Origin: an uncultured Candidatus Saccharibacteria bacterium
GTDB lineage: Bacteria; Patescibacteriota; Saccharimonadia; Saccharimonadales; Saccharimonadaceae
DNA: 64,000 nt
Assembly (NCBI GenBank): GCA_947302355.1
Contig: CAMYUU010000001.1
Span: 465-64,464, forward strand
Direction of reading: 5' to 3'
Below, piece after piece: positions 52,713-61,274 of the stretch; positions within the stretch are counted from its first letter, which is position 1; each line of letters starts with the position of its first letter. Made by a program: the position numbers and the translations under genes. The notes beneath the pieces were generated by a model. That model was given only the letters and a program-made list of their open reading frames with translations. It was not told the origin of the DNA and ran no database searches.

Positions 52713-53645
52713 ATGGCCGTAATTCAAGGTTGGAAGGGGAGCACATTGGACAAGTATGTGTTGTTAAACGAAGAGAGCACAGTGATAGGTGAAGGGGGGA
52801 TGCCAAAAGTCGTACGGAGGATTCAGGCAGAGATTGATATCCCTCGTCATGGCGTCGTAAGAGGCCAGAAAGGCGGCTGGATTGAGAGCGAGGATAACCT
52901 CTCTCAAGATGGCGACGCCTGGGTTGATATCAACGCGACCGTTTACAATGAAGCCGTAGTAAAAGACAACGCCCTTGTTACTGGGTGGGCCGTAGTCGAG
53001 GGTAAAGCTGTCATCGAAGATGATGCTAAGGTGTGCGGATCGGCCTGGGTCTATGATGATGCTAGAGTATCAGGTCGAGCGGTAGTATCTGGATATGCCA
53101 ACGTCTTTAACCAGGCGCACATTTATGATGATGCGCTGTTGGGGGGTGTAGCAAAGGCGTTCGGTAGCACCAAGATTCACGGTCATGCCAGGCTACATGA
53201 TGAAGCTCGTGCCTATGAAAACGCCGATCTTAGCGACTATGCAAACGTGCGTTATAACGCTAGGATTCATGGTGACGCTGAGATTGGCGGTCACGCTGAC
53301 ATCTGTGGCGAGGCCGAGGTGTATGAGCGTGCCAAGGTGCTGGGGGATGCCCATGTCTATGGCTCCACCAAGATTCATGGTGACGCACAGATTGATGGTA
53401 ATGTAGTGATCTGTGGTAACGTTCAGATTTTCGAAGAAGCCAAACTCTTCGGTAACGCTATGGCCAAGGGTCATGCTTTGATTGCCGGAAAGGCGAACGT
53501 GTCCGAGAGGGCCATAATCTGTGATTCAGCCGAAGTCCGTGGCGAAACCGTTGTTCGTGGGAAAGCGAAAGTCTGTCGTCGCGCAAGCCTAGTTCAAGGC
53601 GATTACTCGCGTGGCTGGATTGTGATTAAGCAACAACATGCATAG
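52713..53645 (+). CDS. YdcK-like left-handed beta-helix (hexapeptide-repeat) protein
   Basis: 310 aa. N-terminal VVRRIQAEIDIPRHGVVRGQKGGWIESEDNLSQDGDAWV parallels E. coli YdcK as I recall it. It is followed by 35 or more six-residue repeats ([DN]A.[VI].G). Elevated G+C. Confidence 0.6.
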   Translation: MAVIQGWKGSTLDKYVLLNEESTVIGEGGMPKVVRRIQAEIDIPRHGVVRGQKGGWIESEDNLSQDGDAWVDINATVYNEAVVKDNALVTGWAVVEGKAVIEDDAKVCGSAWVYDDARVSGRAVVSGYANVFNQAHIYDDALLGGVAKAFGSTKIHGHARLHDEARAYENADLSDYANVRYNARIHGDAEIGGHADICGEAEVYERAKVLGDAHVYGSTKIHGDAQIDGNVVICGNVQIFEEAKLFGNAMAKGHALIAGKANVSERAIICDSAEVRGETVVRGKAKVCRRASLVQGDYSRGWIVIKQQHA

Positions 53646-53669
53646 AGCAACCATAGAGGATGGTTGCGG

Positions 53670-53698
53670 CGCCCGCAGGAGTTTCTGCGGGCGTTTTT
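53670..53698 (+). terminator. intrinsic terminator
   Basis: CGCCCGCAG-GAGTTT-CTGCGGGCG-TTTTT. Confidence 0.8.
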
Positions 53699-53699
53699 G

Positions 53700-53708
53700 T
53701 GTTATAAT
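53700..53708 (+). promoter_or_regulatory. extended -10 box (TGTTATAAT) 6 nt from ATG 53715; predicted leaderless prfA
   Basis: TGTTATAAT-TACACT-ATG, immediately after the terminator. Confidence 0.5.
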
Positions 53709-53714
53709 TACACT

Positions 53715-54755
53715 ATGGATTCAGAGAAGTATGAAGAGGAACTAAAACAAATTGACGATTTTTTGGCGCGGCCAGATTCTTATACTAGTCCGGAGTTTGC
53801 TAGTAAAAGTAAGCGTGCAACGACTATCCGAGAAATCTTAGAATTGAGTAAAAAAATTGAACAGTTTTCGGCGAATTTAACAGAGGCCGAAAGCCTGGTC
53901 AATGATCCAGAATTAGGCGAAATGGCACGAGAAGACGTCGATAACTTAAAGAATGAGCTCAAGTCAGCTAATGACCGTATGGGAGAATTACTATTACCGC
54001 ATGATCCGGAGGATGATAAGCCAGCTATCATTGAGATTCGTGCGGGTGCGGGTGGTGATGAAGCTTCACTTTTCGCGGCAGAGCTATATAGAATGTATCT
54101 AAAATACACCGAGGCTCACAATATGAAGGCAGAATTGATTTCAGAAAATTTGAATGAGGCTGGTGGCGCTAAAGAAGTGATTTTTAAAGTTACTGGTGAG
54201 GAGCCTTATGGCAGACTGAAGTTTGAAGGTGGCGTACATCGCGTACAGAGAGTACCAGTGACCGAATCACAAGGACGAATCCATACTTCTACGGTAACAG
54301 TAGCGGTGCTACCGGAAGCTTCAGAACAAGAGCTAGAAATTAACCCTGAAGATTTGCGAATTGACATCTATCGATCTGGTGGACACGGTGGCCAAGGTGT
54401 AAATACGACCGATTCGGCAGTGAGGATTACACATTTACCGACCGGGATTGTGGTGGCAATGCAGGATGAAAGAAGTCAACAGCAAAACCGAATTAAGGCG
54501 ATGAATATTTTACGTTCTAGGTTGCTCGAGAAGAAAAAAGAGGAAGAGATTAGAAATGCGAGTGAGGCAAGAAAATCTTTAATTGGAACTGGAGATAGAA
54601 GCGAAAAAATACGCACTTATAATTTCCCACAAGATAGAGTAACAGACCATCGCATTCATTATTCTAGGTCCAATATTCCAGCAGTAATGAATGGAGATAT
54701 TGACGATATCATTCAGGAACTTATCAAACATGAACGCGGACTCTCGCAAGATTGA
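53715..54755 (+). CDS. prfA: peptide chain release factor 1
   Basis: ORF track 53664..54755, but its 5' part overlaps the terminator; ATG 53715 ([14 protein letters not shown]) preferred. GGQ motif [25 protein letters not shown] PxT-region equivalent is present. Confidence 0.93.
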   Translation: MDSEKYEEELKQIDDFLARPDSYTSPEFASKSKRATTIREILELSKKIEQFSANLTEAESLVNDPELGEMAREDVDNLKNELKSANDRMGELLLPHDPEDDKPAIIEIRAGAGGDEASLFAAELYRMYLKYTEAHNMKAELISENLNEAGGAKEVIFKVTGEEPYGRLKFEGGVHRVQRVPVTESQGRIHTSTVTVAVLPEASEQELEINPEDLRIDIYRSGGHGGQGVNTTDSAVRITHLPTGIVVAMQDERSQQQNRIKAMNILRSRLLEKKKEEEIRNASEARKSLIGTGDRSEKIRTYNFPQDRVTDHRIHYSRSNIPAVMNGDIDDIIQELIKHERGLSQD

Positions 54756-55374
54756 CTTCTACGGGCGCGACTTCACTATCACGCCAGATGTATTGATTCC
54801 CCGCCCAGAGACTGAGATGGTGGTGGATGTGGTGCTGAATTTGGTGGGTAAACCTATTTTGCCTGGCGTGAAGCCACGCAAGGCTAAGTTGCCGCAGGAT
54901 TGCTCCATTTTAGACGTAGGGACAGGCTCGGGTTGCGTAGCAATTAGTTTAGCCTTGGAACTACCCGCAGCCCATGTAAGCGCTTGCGATATTTCCGAAA
55001 AAGCATTGGGCGTAGCACAGAAAAATGCGGCAAAATTAGGGGCGAAGATAGAATTTAAAAAGTCTGATTTAATGAACGATGTTGATGGCGATTTTGATGT
55101 AGTAGTGGCGAATTTGCCTTATGTGGATGAGAGCTGGGACTGGATAGATAAAGAAGCCTTAGCGCGCGAACCAGCAATAGCGCTTTACGCCAAGGATGGC
55201 GGATTAGCACTTATTAAAAAGCTGATTAGTCAAGCCACTGAACGTAAAGTTCCCTATTTGGTCTTGGAGGCTGACCCTTGTCAACATGAACGAATAACTA
55301 GTTTTGCAAAAGAAAATGATTATCTCCTGCTTGAAATACGTGGTTTTGTTATGACGTTTAATTGCAGTTTTTAG
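54730..55374 (+). CDS. prmC: release factor glutamine N5-methyltransferase (short form)
   Basis: ORF track 54691..55374; ATG 54730. SAM motif [16 protein letters not shown]; substrate motif VVANLPYV (NPPY variant). Confidence 0.8.
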   Translation: MNADSRKIDFYGRDFTITPDVLIPRPETEMVVDVVLNLVGKPILPGVKPRKAKLPQDCSILDVGTGSGCVAISLALELPAAHVSACDISEKALGVAQKNAAKLGAKIEFKKSDLMNDVDGDFDVVVANLPYVDESWDWIDKEALAREPAIALYAKDGGLALIKKLISQATERKVPYLVLEADPCQHERITSFAKENDYLLLEIRGFVMTFNCSF

Positions 55375-55760
55375 CAATAGCATAAAGCGGGTGTTGTATT
55401 TTGTTGTGCTATATGCTTATAATGGCGGCGGGTTGGCTTCGGAGTTTAGTGGACCAGGAACGCAAGCGCTGGGTGTGGGCTCGCGAGTGACCGAGGGCTC
55501 ACTAAACGGCTTTTCTAGGATAGTCAAAGTTACCCAGGAAAGGATAGTGAAAATGACTATACAGCTAGACATATTGTGTATCATTATCCCGAAACGGAAT
55601 AGACGCCCGAAGAAAAAGGATTAGGCTATAAGCCTAATCAAACAAACCCAGAGAGTAGTTCCTAGAGCTGCTCTCTTATGTTTTTATTGTATCACAGTAG
55701 CAAGAATCTAGCAAAAATTACCAGCACAAAGGCTGATAATTTTCTTCTAGCTCTAAAATT

Positions 55761-56945
55761 TTACTCTTGATATCCTTCGAGAGTGACATTGACAGCTATT
55801 TCATCGCCTTCGCGGACGACCGTGAGTTGTACTGTGTCGCCTGGCTTGTATTCACCAATGAGATTTGCGAGTGAACCGGCAGCCCCTACCTCTACGCCGT
55901 TGACTTTTGTGACGATATCTTTGTCTTTGAGGCCAGCTTTAGCGGCTGGGCTATCTTTGACTACAGCAGAATAGTTAGATGAACTGTAAAGGTAGGAACC
56001 GGTCTCTACTGGTAAGTTGTAGGCTTTAGCTATTTCAGGTGTGATTTCAACACTATAAACTCCTAGATAAGTACGCTTAGCTTTGCCAGTCTCAATAAGC
56101 TGAGATAACATTCCTTTGACGCTGGAAATAGGAATGGCAAAGCCCATGTTTTCGGCAGAGGTAGATGTGGCTGTATTAATGCCAATAACCTCCCCGGCGG
56201 CGTTTACTAATGGGCCACCAGAATTACCCGAATTAATTGCGGCGTCAGTCTGAATCATATCTGTAAGTGTTTCGGCATTGTATCCTGAGCCGTCTGAAGC
56301 CGTAACTGAGCGACCAGTACCAGAGATAATACCAGAGGTTACAGTGTTTTGATACTCGCCTAGAGCGTTACCAATTGCTATGACTTGCTGGCCTACACTA
56401 ATCGTCTTAGAATCGCCCAGTGTAGCTGCCGGCAAATCCGTTGCGTCTTTGATTTTCAAGAAAGCTACGTCGTTTAGCGGGTCAGTGGCTACGACCTCAA
56501 CATCTTCATAGGTAGTACCATCGTCTAGAACAACTGTAACTTTATTTGCGCCATTAATTACGTGCTTATTAGTAATAACGTAACCATCGCTAGTGGCAAT
56601 AATACCAGTACCAGCCGCAGAAGCATCGTAGCTTTGGCCAAAGAAATTCGTCGCCTTAGTAGAGGTGATGATGGAAACTACGCTTTTTGACACCTTGTCG
56701 GCAATGTCGGCAATGGAGCCCTCGACGAAATTGGCTGAATTACCATCGTTGCCATTGTTTAAAAAGGTGATAGGGGTGTTGGATTTTTCGTAGCCCATCC
56801 AACCTAGAGCTAAACCGCCGCAGCCAAACGCAATGGCGATTGATGAAAGTACGATTGCTAGACCATTATGGTTAGCATGAGCTTCGGATTCCTTTTTAAC
56901 GGGTGCCGATGCTTCTGTTGTATTCTTTTTTTCCTCTTCTTTCAT
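55761..56945 (-). CDS. htrA: HtrA/DegP-family serine protease with PDZ domain
   Basis: 394 aa. N-terminal TM, His region TNKHV, DVAFLKI, GNSGGPLVN, C-terminal PDZ. Confidence 0.9.
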   Translation of the reverse strand: MKEEEKKNTTEASAPVKKESEAHANHNGLAIVLSSIAIAFGCGGLALGWMGYEKSNTPITFLNNGNDGNSANFVEGSIADIADKVSKSVVSIITSTKATNFFGQSYDASAAGTGIIATSDGYVITNKHVINGANKVTVVLDDGTTYEDVEVVATDPLNDVAFLKIKDATDLPAATLGDSKTISVGQQVIAIGNALGEYQNTVTSGIISGTGRSVTASDGSGYNAETLTDMIQTDAAINSGNSGGPLVNAAGEVIGINTATSTSAENMGFAIPISSVKGMLSQLIETGKAKRTYLGVYSVEITPEIAKAYNLPVETGSYLYSSSNYSAVVKDSPAAKAGLKDKDIVTKVNGVEVGAAGSLANLIGEYKPGDTVQLTVVREGDEIAVNVTLEGYQE

Positions 56946-56954
56946 TTTCCTCCT

Positions 56955-57737
56955 TTAAATGTTAAATATCGGATTACTAAAGCATAGAACGATGATACCA
57001 ATGAGTACTGCACCAAAAATCACTGGTACCAAAATATGCTTAAAACGAAAATCTTCTTGATATCTAATCATAGCTTGACGTGCATAATTATAAACAAAGG
57101 CAAAAATAGTTAAGATAATAGCGAGCTGCGGAATGCGGATGCCAGTATTACCGAATGTATAAATAATCTCCCATGAATAGCAAAGCCAGGAAATTTCAGC
57201 AAATACTAGACCACATACTAAAGTCGTAAGTGTAAAATCTTTGGCATCACTTTGAGATAATACATGACGACTAGCAGCGTATCCGATAAGGAAAGCTAAT
57301 AAAACAAGGAAAGTAGGATCAGTGTTAGCGGTCATGATGGTGGCGGCGGAAATACCGAGGAAAACCGCAATTAGTGATTGGGCCAAGGTGGCTGCTTCCG
57401 ATGACAACGGTTTAATAAAGAGAAGCCAAGCGCAGTAGATAATCATTAAGACGAAATCTACTGGTAAAATTGATGGTCCAGCGTAATAGGTAAGTAAAAC
57501 TATGCTGACACCAACAATAATATCAACAAGGTTAGATTTGATATTGAGCCAAAGGTAGCGTGCGCGCACGGCGAAGATTCGCCATTTGGATATCAAAACC
57601 AAAAGTAAACCTAGAATTGGTCCGCCAGATAGCACGGTAATCAGAACTGAACCCACGCCGAGTAGCAAGTTTAAAAATACATGCACAGCTGAGCTCGCAA
57701 TGTTGCGCGATTTTCTCGCCAAAATGTAATCTGCCAT
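56955..57737 (-). CDS. polytopic membrane protein, unknown function
   Basis: 260 aa, 7-8 hydrophobic helices; no family recognised. Confidence 0.5.
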   Translation of the reverse strand: MADYILARKSRNIASSAVHVFLNLLLGVGSVLITVLSGGPILGLLLVLISKWRIFAVRARYLWLNIKSNLVDIIVGVSIVLLTYYAGPSILPVDFVLMIIYCAWLLFIKPLSSEAATLAQSLIAVFLGISAATIMTANTDPTFLVLLAFLIGYAASRHVLSQSDAKDFTLTTLVCGLVFAEISWLCYSWEIIYTFGNTGIRIPQLAIILTIFAFVYNYARQAMIRYQEDFRFKHILVPVIFGAVLIGIIVLCFSNPIFNI

Positions 57738-57780
57738 ATGTATATATTATAGCAAATATTTTAAACTAAGCTTAAAATAA

Positions 57781-57789
57781 TGATATAAT
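57781..57789 (+). promoter_or_regulatory. extended -10 box (TGATATAAT) 7 nt from ATG 57797; predicted leaderless lepB
   Basis: TGATATAAT-AGCCCAT-ATG. Confidence 0.45.
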
Positions 57790-57796
57790 AGCCCAT

Positions 57797-58465
57797 ATGG
57801 AGGCAACTTTTTTTCAGAAGCATCCTTTAGCTAAAGATTTGCTTAGCTTGACTTCGTTTATTATAGCGATTGTGCTAGGCACTATGTTTTTGAATACTTA
57901 TATTTACCGTTCTTATAATGTGGTGGGGGGCAGCATGGAGAATACTTTGCACGAAGATGACCGCGTAATAGTCAATCGCGCAGCCGTATCTTGGGCGCAT
58001 TTTGTTGGTCAGGAGTACGTGCCAGAACGTGGACAAATAATTGTATTTCTAAATGAAGACGAAGCAAAAGTAGCCGAATACAAGGCGCAGGGTGTATCTA
58101 ATCCTATGACTTGCACTGTTCCCTCTGGAGTCAGTGATCAATATATTATCAAAAGAGTAATTGCTTTTCCGGGTGAGCGCGTGGTAGTGAAAGATGGCGT
58201 AATGACAATTTATAACGAAGAATATCCCGACGGTTTTGTCTATGATGAAGGCTGGCGCACTTCTGAAACGGATGGCCCAAAAGAACATACTTCTGGAGAA
58301 GTAGATTTAGTCGTACCTGATGGCGAACTATTTGTGTCTGGCGATACTCGTGAGGGTTCGAATTCGTGGGATTCCCGAAATGGCTTAGGTACCATTCCGT
58401 ATTGCCGAATTATTGGGCCCGTAGCGTTAAGAATTTTCCCATTCGATCATATTAAAACTTTTTAA
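57797..58465 (+). CDS. lepB: signal peptidase I
   Basis: 222 aa. GGSMENTL (catalytic Ser), IKRVIAFPGERV (Lys), GDTREGSNSWDSR. Confidence 0.92.
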   Translation: MEATFFQKHPLAKDLLSLTSFIIAIVLGTMFLNTYIYRSYNVVGGSMENTLHEDDRVIVNRAAVSWAHFVGQEYVPERGQIIVFLNEDEAKVAEYKAQGVSNPMTCTVPSGVSDQYIIKRVIAFPGERVVVKDGVMTIYNEEYPDGFVYDEGWRTSETDGPKEHTSGEVDLVVPDGELFVSGDTREGSNSWDSRNGLGTIPYCRIIGPVALRIFPFDHIKTF

Positions 58466-58468
58466 TAA

Positions 58469-59311
58469 TTAACCATTAAGTCGCTTGATTAATTCTTTTA
58501 GGTCTTTTTCGGTCTTACACTTAAAGGTGAGACTGTGGCCACTAATGCGAGCTACAGCATTATATTTGTCGCTAAGAGTGTCTTCTTCTTTACGATAAAG
58601 GCTTTGTTTGATTAAGGCTGTAGAGGATTTCTTTTTATGATCTGCAAAATAACGTTCTACTTTGCGGGCAGTCCAGCCCTCTTTGATAATCTTTGGTAAC
58701 ACTTTATTAATGGTGGCTTCATCACGAGAAACTAGAGGACGCATGACCCCTTCAGATAGTTTTTCCTTAACCATGATTTTCTTGACATCTTCTGGCAAGT
58801 TAAGTAGTCTCATGGTGCTCTGGACGGAAGCTTCACTTTTACCAACTTTGGCTGCGATATCCTCAGCGCTAAGATTAAACTGGTTTTTAAGCTTAGCATA
58901 TGCGGTGGCAAGCTCAATTGCGTTAAGGTCTTCCCTTTGGGCGTTTTCAATAATGGAGAGTTCGAGACGGTTTTGAGAATCAAGAGTACGGACAATGGCT
59001 GGGATTCTATCAAGGCCTGCAATTTTAGAAGCTCGCCAGCGACGCTCACCTGCAACGATTTTGTATTTTCCGTCTTCTCTAGTTACTACGATTGGTTGCA
59101 AAACGCCGTGTTCCTTGATTGATTGAGCTAGGGCATTTATTGCGTCCTGATCAAATTCGCGCCTTGGCTGATCTTCGTCACGAACGATTTCTGTGATTCT
59201 GATCTGCTTTAGCTCACTATTCTTTTTATCTTCGGCCGCAGTAGGATCAAATTCGTCGTCTATTAGCTCGGTTGGAATTAAACTTTCAAAGCCTCTGCCT
59301 AATCCTTTCAT
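58469..59311 (-). CDS. parB: chromosome partitioning protein ParB
   Basis: 280 aa. GVLQPIVV, KIVAGERRWRASK, HTH region. Confidence 0.92.
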   Translation of the reverse strand: MKGLGRGFESLIPTELIDDEFDPTAAEDKKNSELKQIRITEIVRDEDQPRREFDQDAINALAQSIKEHGVLQPIVVTREDGKYKIVAGERRWRASKIAGLDRIPAIVRTLDSQNRLELSIIENAQREDLNAIELATAYAKLKNQFNLSAEDIAAKVGKSEASVQSTMRLLNLPEDVKKIMVKEKLSEGVMRPLVSRDEATINKVLPKIIKEGWTARKVERYFADHKKKSSTALIKQSLYRKEEDTLSDKYNAVARISGHSLTFKCKTEKDLKELIKRLNG

Positions 59312-60078
59312 TTTGTTCTCCCTTCTAATTCTCTAGTGAAATTTTTATAAGCCTTTGCACCTTTTGAAAACCTGTCGTAATCGCCTACCGGCACACCGTG
59401 ACTCGGAGCCTCGGCTACCCGTACATTGCGAGGGATAGTAGTCTTGAAGGTCAATTGCTTGAAATACTTTTGGATTTCGGCATAGACTTGCGCCGAAAGA
59501 CTGGTTCTTTTGTCATACATCGTAGCCAGGACACCAAGCAACTTGAGATTAGGGTTGGCTTGCTTCATAACGAGCTTCATGGATTCTAAAAGTTGCGCTA
59601 CGCCTTCCAGGGCATAAAATTCAGTCTGCACAGGAAGTAAAAGGTAATTAGAAGCGATCATACCATTTACCGTTAAAAGCGAAAGGGATGGTGGCGAGTC
59701 AATAATGACATAGTCGTAGTTTTGTTCTACTGAACGAATCGCATCGCGCAAACGAGTAAACCTGCGCGCTTGCCCAGCCATTTCAACCTCAGCATTAGCC
59801 AATTCTGGAGTAGCAGGTGCTAAATCAAAATTCTTGTATTTGGTGTGATGGATGACGTTTTCGAGTGGGGTATTCTCCGTTATTACGTTTGTCATGGTCG
59901 GGCCAAGGGATTCGTCGTTTTTATCTATCCCGAGGCCACTAGTAGCATTACCCTGAGGGTCGAAATCGATAAGTAAAGTTCTAAACTTATCTTTGGCAAG
60001 GTAATAGCTCAGATTAACAGCAGTAGTGGTCTTCCCTACGCCGCCTTTCTGATTTGTAACACAGATTACCTTCGCCAT
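59308..60078 (-). CDS. parA: chromosome partitioning ATPase ParA/Soj
   Basis: ORF track start 60153; ATG 60078 (MAKVICVTNQKGGVGKTTT) fits the deviant Walker A N-terminus. TGTTATAAT sits 10 nt upstream. Confidence 0.92.
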   Translation of the reverse strand: MAKVICVTNQKGGVGKTTTAVNLSYYLAKDKFRTLLIDFDPQGNATSGLGIDKNDESLGPTMTNVITENTPLENVIHHTKYKNFDLAPATPELANAEVEMAGQARRFTRLRDAIRSVEQNYDYVIIDSPPSLSLLTVNGMIASNYLLLPVQTEFYALEGVAQLLESMKLVMKQANPNLKLLGVLATMYDKRTSLSAQVYAEIQKYFKQLTFKTTIPRNVRVAEAPSHGVPVGDYDRFSKGAKAYKNFTRELEGRTK

Positions 60079-60088
60079 AATACTTACG

Positions 60089-60097
60089 ATTATAACA
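60089..60097 (-). promoter_or_regulatory. extended -10 box (TGTTATAAT) 10 nt from parA ATG (very short leader)
   Basis: Minus strand reads TGTTATAAT-CGTAAGTATT-ATG. Confidence 0.4.
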
Positions 60098-60110
60098 TAA
60101 AAATCACAAA

Positions 60111-60264
60111 AAAATAACTCGTCTTCATTCGCAGTTTGCTTTGCTCCAAGCAAAACCTTCGTTGGCCAATCGGACTTGCGCCCGGTACTATCCGGTACTC
60201 AGCTCGACTGACCTCCTCGGTTTTGCTTGGGCTCGCTCAATGCTCACTCAGTCTGAGTTATTTT
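60111..60264. repeat. 154-nt compound palindrome E between rplU stop and parA promoter
   Basis: Outer arms AAAATAACTC / GAGTTATTTT; the right arm overlaps the rplU TAA. Inner 12-bp arms CCAAGCAAAACC / GGTTTTGCTTGG. GC-rich centre with CTCCTCGG and GGGCTCGCTC motifs. A T-run follows on the minus strand, so it is terminator-like. Confidence 0.75.
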
Positions 60265-60571
60265 AGGCGATTTTTACGATTTCAATCTCGGTGTATTTTT
60301 GGCGATGGCCAGTTTCGGTATGTTCGCGTTTCTTTGGCTTATAATGAATTACGCGAATTTTATCACCTTTTACTTCGGGCGTTTTGACCTTAGCTGAAAC
60401 TTTTACGCCCTTTACCGTAGGTGTACCGACCTGCGTTTTATCGCCGTCGATCACTAGCAAAGCGTCAAGTTCGAGCTCTTTGGTGCCTGCCGGGAGGAGG
60501 TCCACCCGTAGGGTCTCTTTTTCGGCGACGAGATATTGCTTCCCGCCAACCAATATGACTGCTTTTTTCAT
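60263..60571 (-). CDS. rplU: 50S ribosomal protein L21
   Basis: 102 aa. MKKAVILVGGKQYLVAEKETLRVD...; AAAGGA SD. Confidence 0.92.
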   Translation of the reverse strand: MKKAVILVGGKQYLVAEKETLRVDLLPAGTKELELDALLVIDGDKTQVGTPTVKGVKVSAKVKTPEVKGDKIRVIHYKPKKREHTETGHRQKYTEIEIVKIA

Positions 60572-60680
60572 ATTATTCCTTTATTAACTCTGACTATTTT
60601 ACCATATTATCTGAGTTTTGGGAAGAGGTAATATTGACTGGTTTATTATTGTTACAAATATAGTTTATTAAAAAGACAAG

Positions 60681-60706
60681 AAAAGGCGCCGCGGTTAAGC
60701 GGCGCC
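60681..60706 (-). terminator. intrinsic terminator of the 60715..61188 gene
   Basis: GGCGCCGC-GGTTAA-GCGGCGCC, followed on the minus strand by TTTTCTTGTCTTTTT. Confidence 0.75.
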
Positions 60707-60714
60707 GTAAGGGG

Positions 60715-61188
60715 CTACTGGGGCCCCGGTACGAGGAGGACGACAAATCGGAGGGGGTCCTTAAAGACCTCATCCACGTCAACCCCGTCATCTGACGGGA
60801 CTTCGGCATTGGGTGCCGAAGCATCCTCGTCGGAGGAGGAGGAACCATTGCTGGCCGAGAAGAGGCGCTCCACTGGTAGCTGGTTGCCCAGACGATAGAC
60901 GGAGCCGCTGTGGGTCTCTATCTCCAGGCCACGCCGGTCGTGGATGATCGTCTCAATGTTGCCCGTGACCCAGACCTCGCCGTTAAGGCTGCGATCCTCG
61001 TTGGTCATATTTGCCAACACGAAGAGCCCACGACGAAGCTCGAGGCCGACCATGGCGCCCCCCTTCAGGAGCTCGACAGCCGCCTTGGCGACATCAGCAA
61101 CGCCTTCGTCAAGCCACTGGTTGCACCTCTTCGCGGCGATGTCGTACCCCCTCCGGTCGGTTACGACATAGTTCTCCAAGAGTTTCAC
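60715..61188 (-). CDS. hypothetical protein (high G+C island)
   Basis: 157 aa. GTG start with an AAAGGAGAA SD; acidic Ser/Asp-rich C-terminal third; no family recognised. Confidence 0.5.
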   Translation of the reverse strand: MKLLENYVVTDRRGYDIAAKRCNQWLDEGVADVAKAAVELLKGGAMVGLELRRGLFVLANMTNEDRSLNGEVWVTGNIETIIHDRRGLEIETHSGSVYRLGNQLPVERLFSASNGSSSSDEDASAPNAEVPSDDGVDVDEVFKDPLRFVVLLVPGPQ

Positions 61189-61274
61189 GGTTTTCTCCTT
61201 TCCTCTCTTGGTTTTTAATGTGCACCTTCACGGCCCTCCCCCTGATCTCTCAGGGGGAGGATGCTACTGGGATG

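Noticed and set aside
55391-55624. 77-aa ORF in the prmC-htrA spacer
   Set aside because: It has no SD and begins inside a promoter-like region. It is mostly read through a GC-rich stem-loop cluster. More likely it is non-coding RNA plus, at most, a 23-codon micro-ORF.
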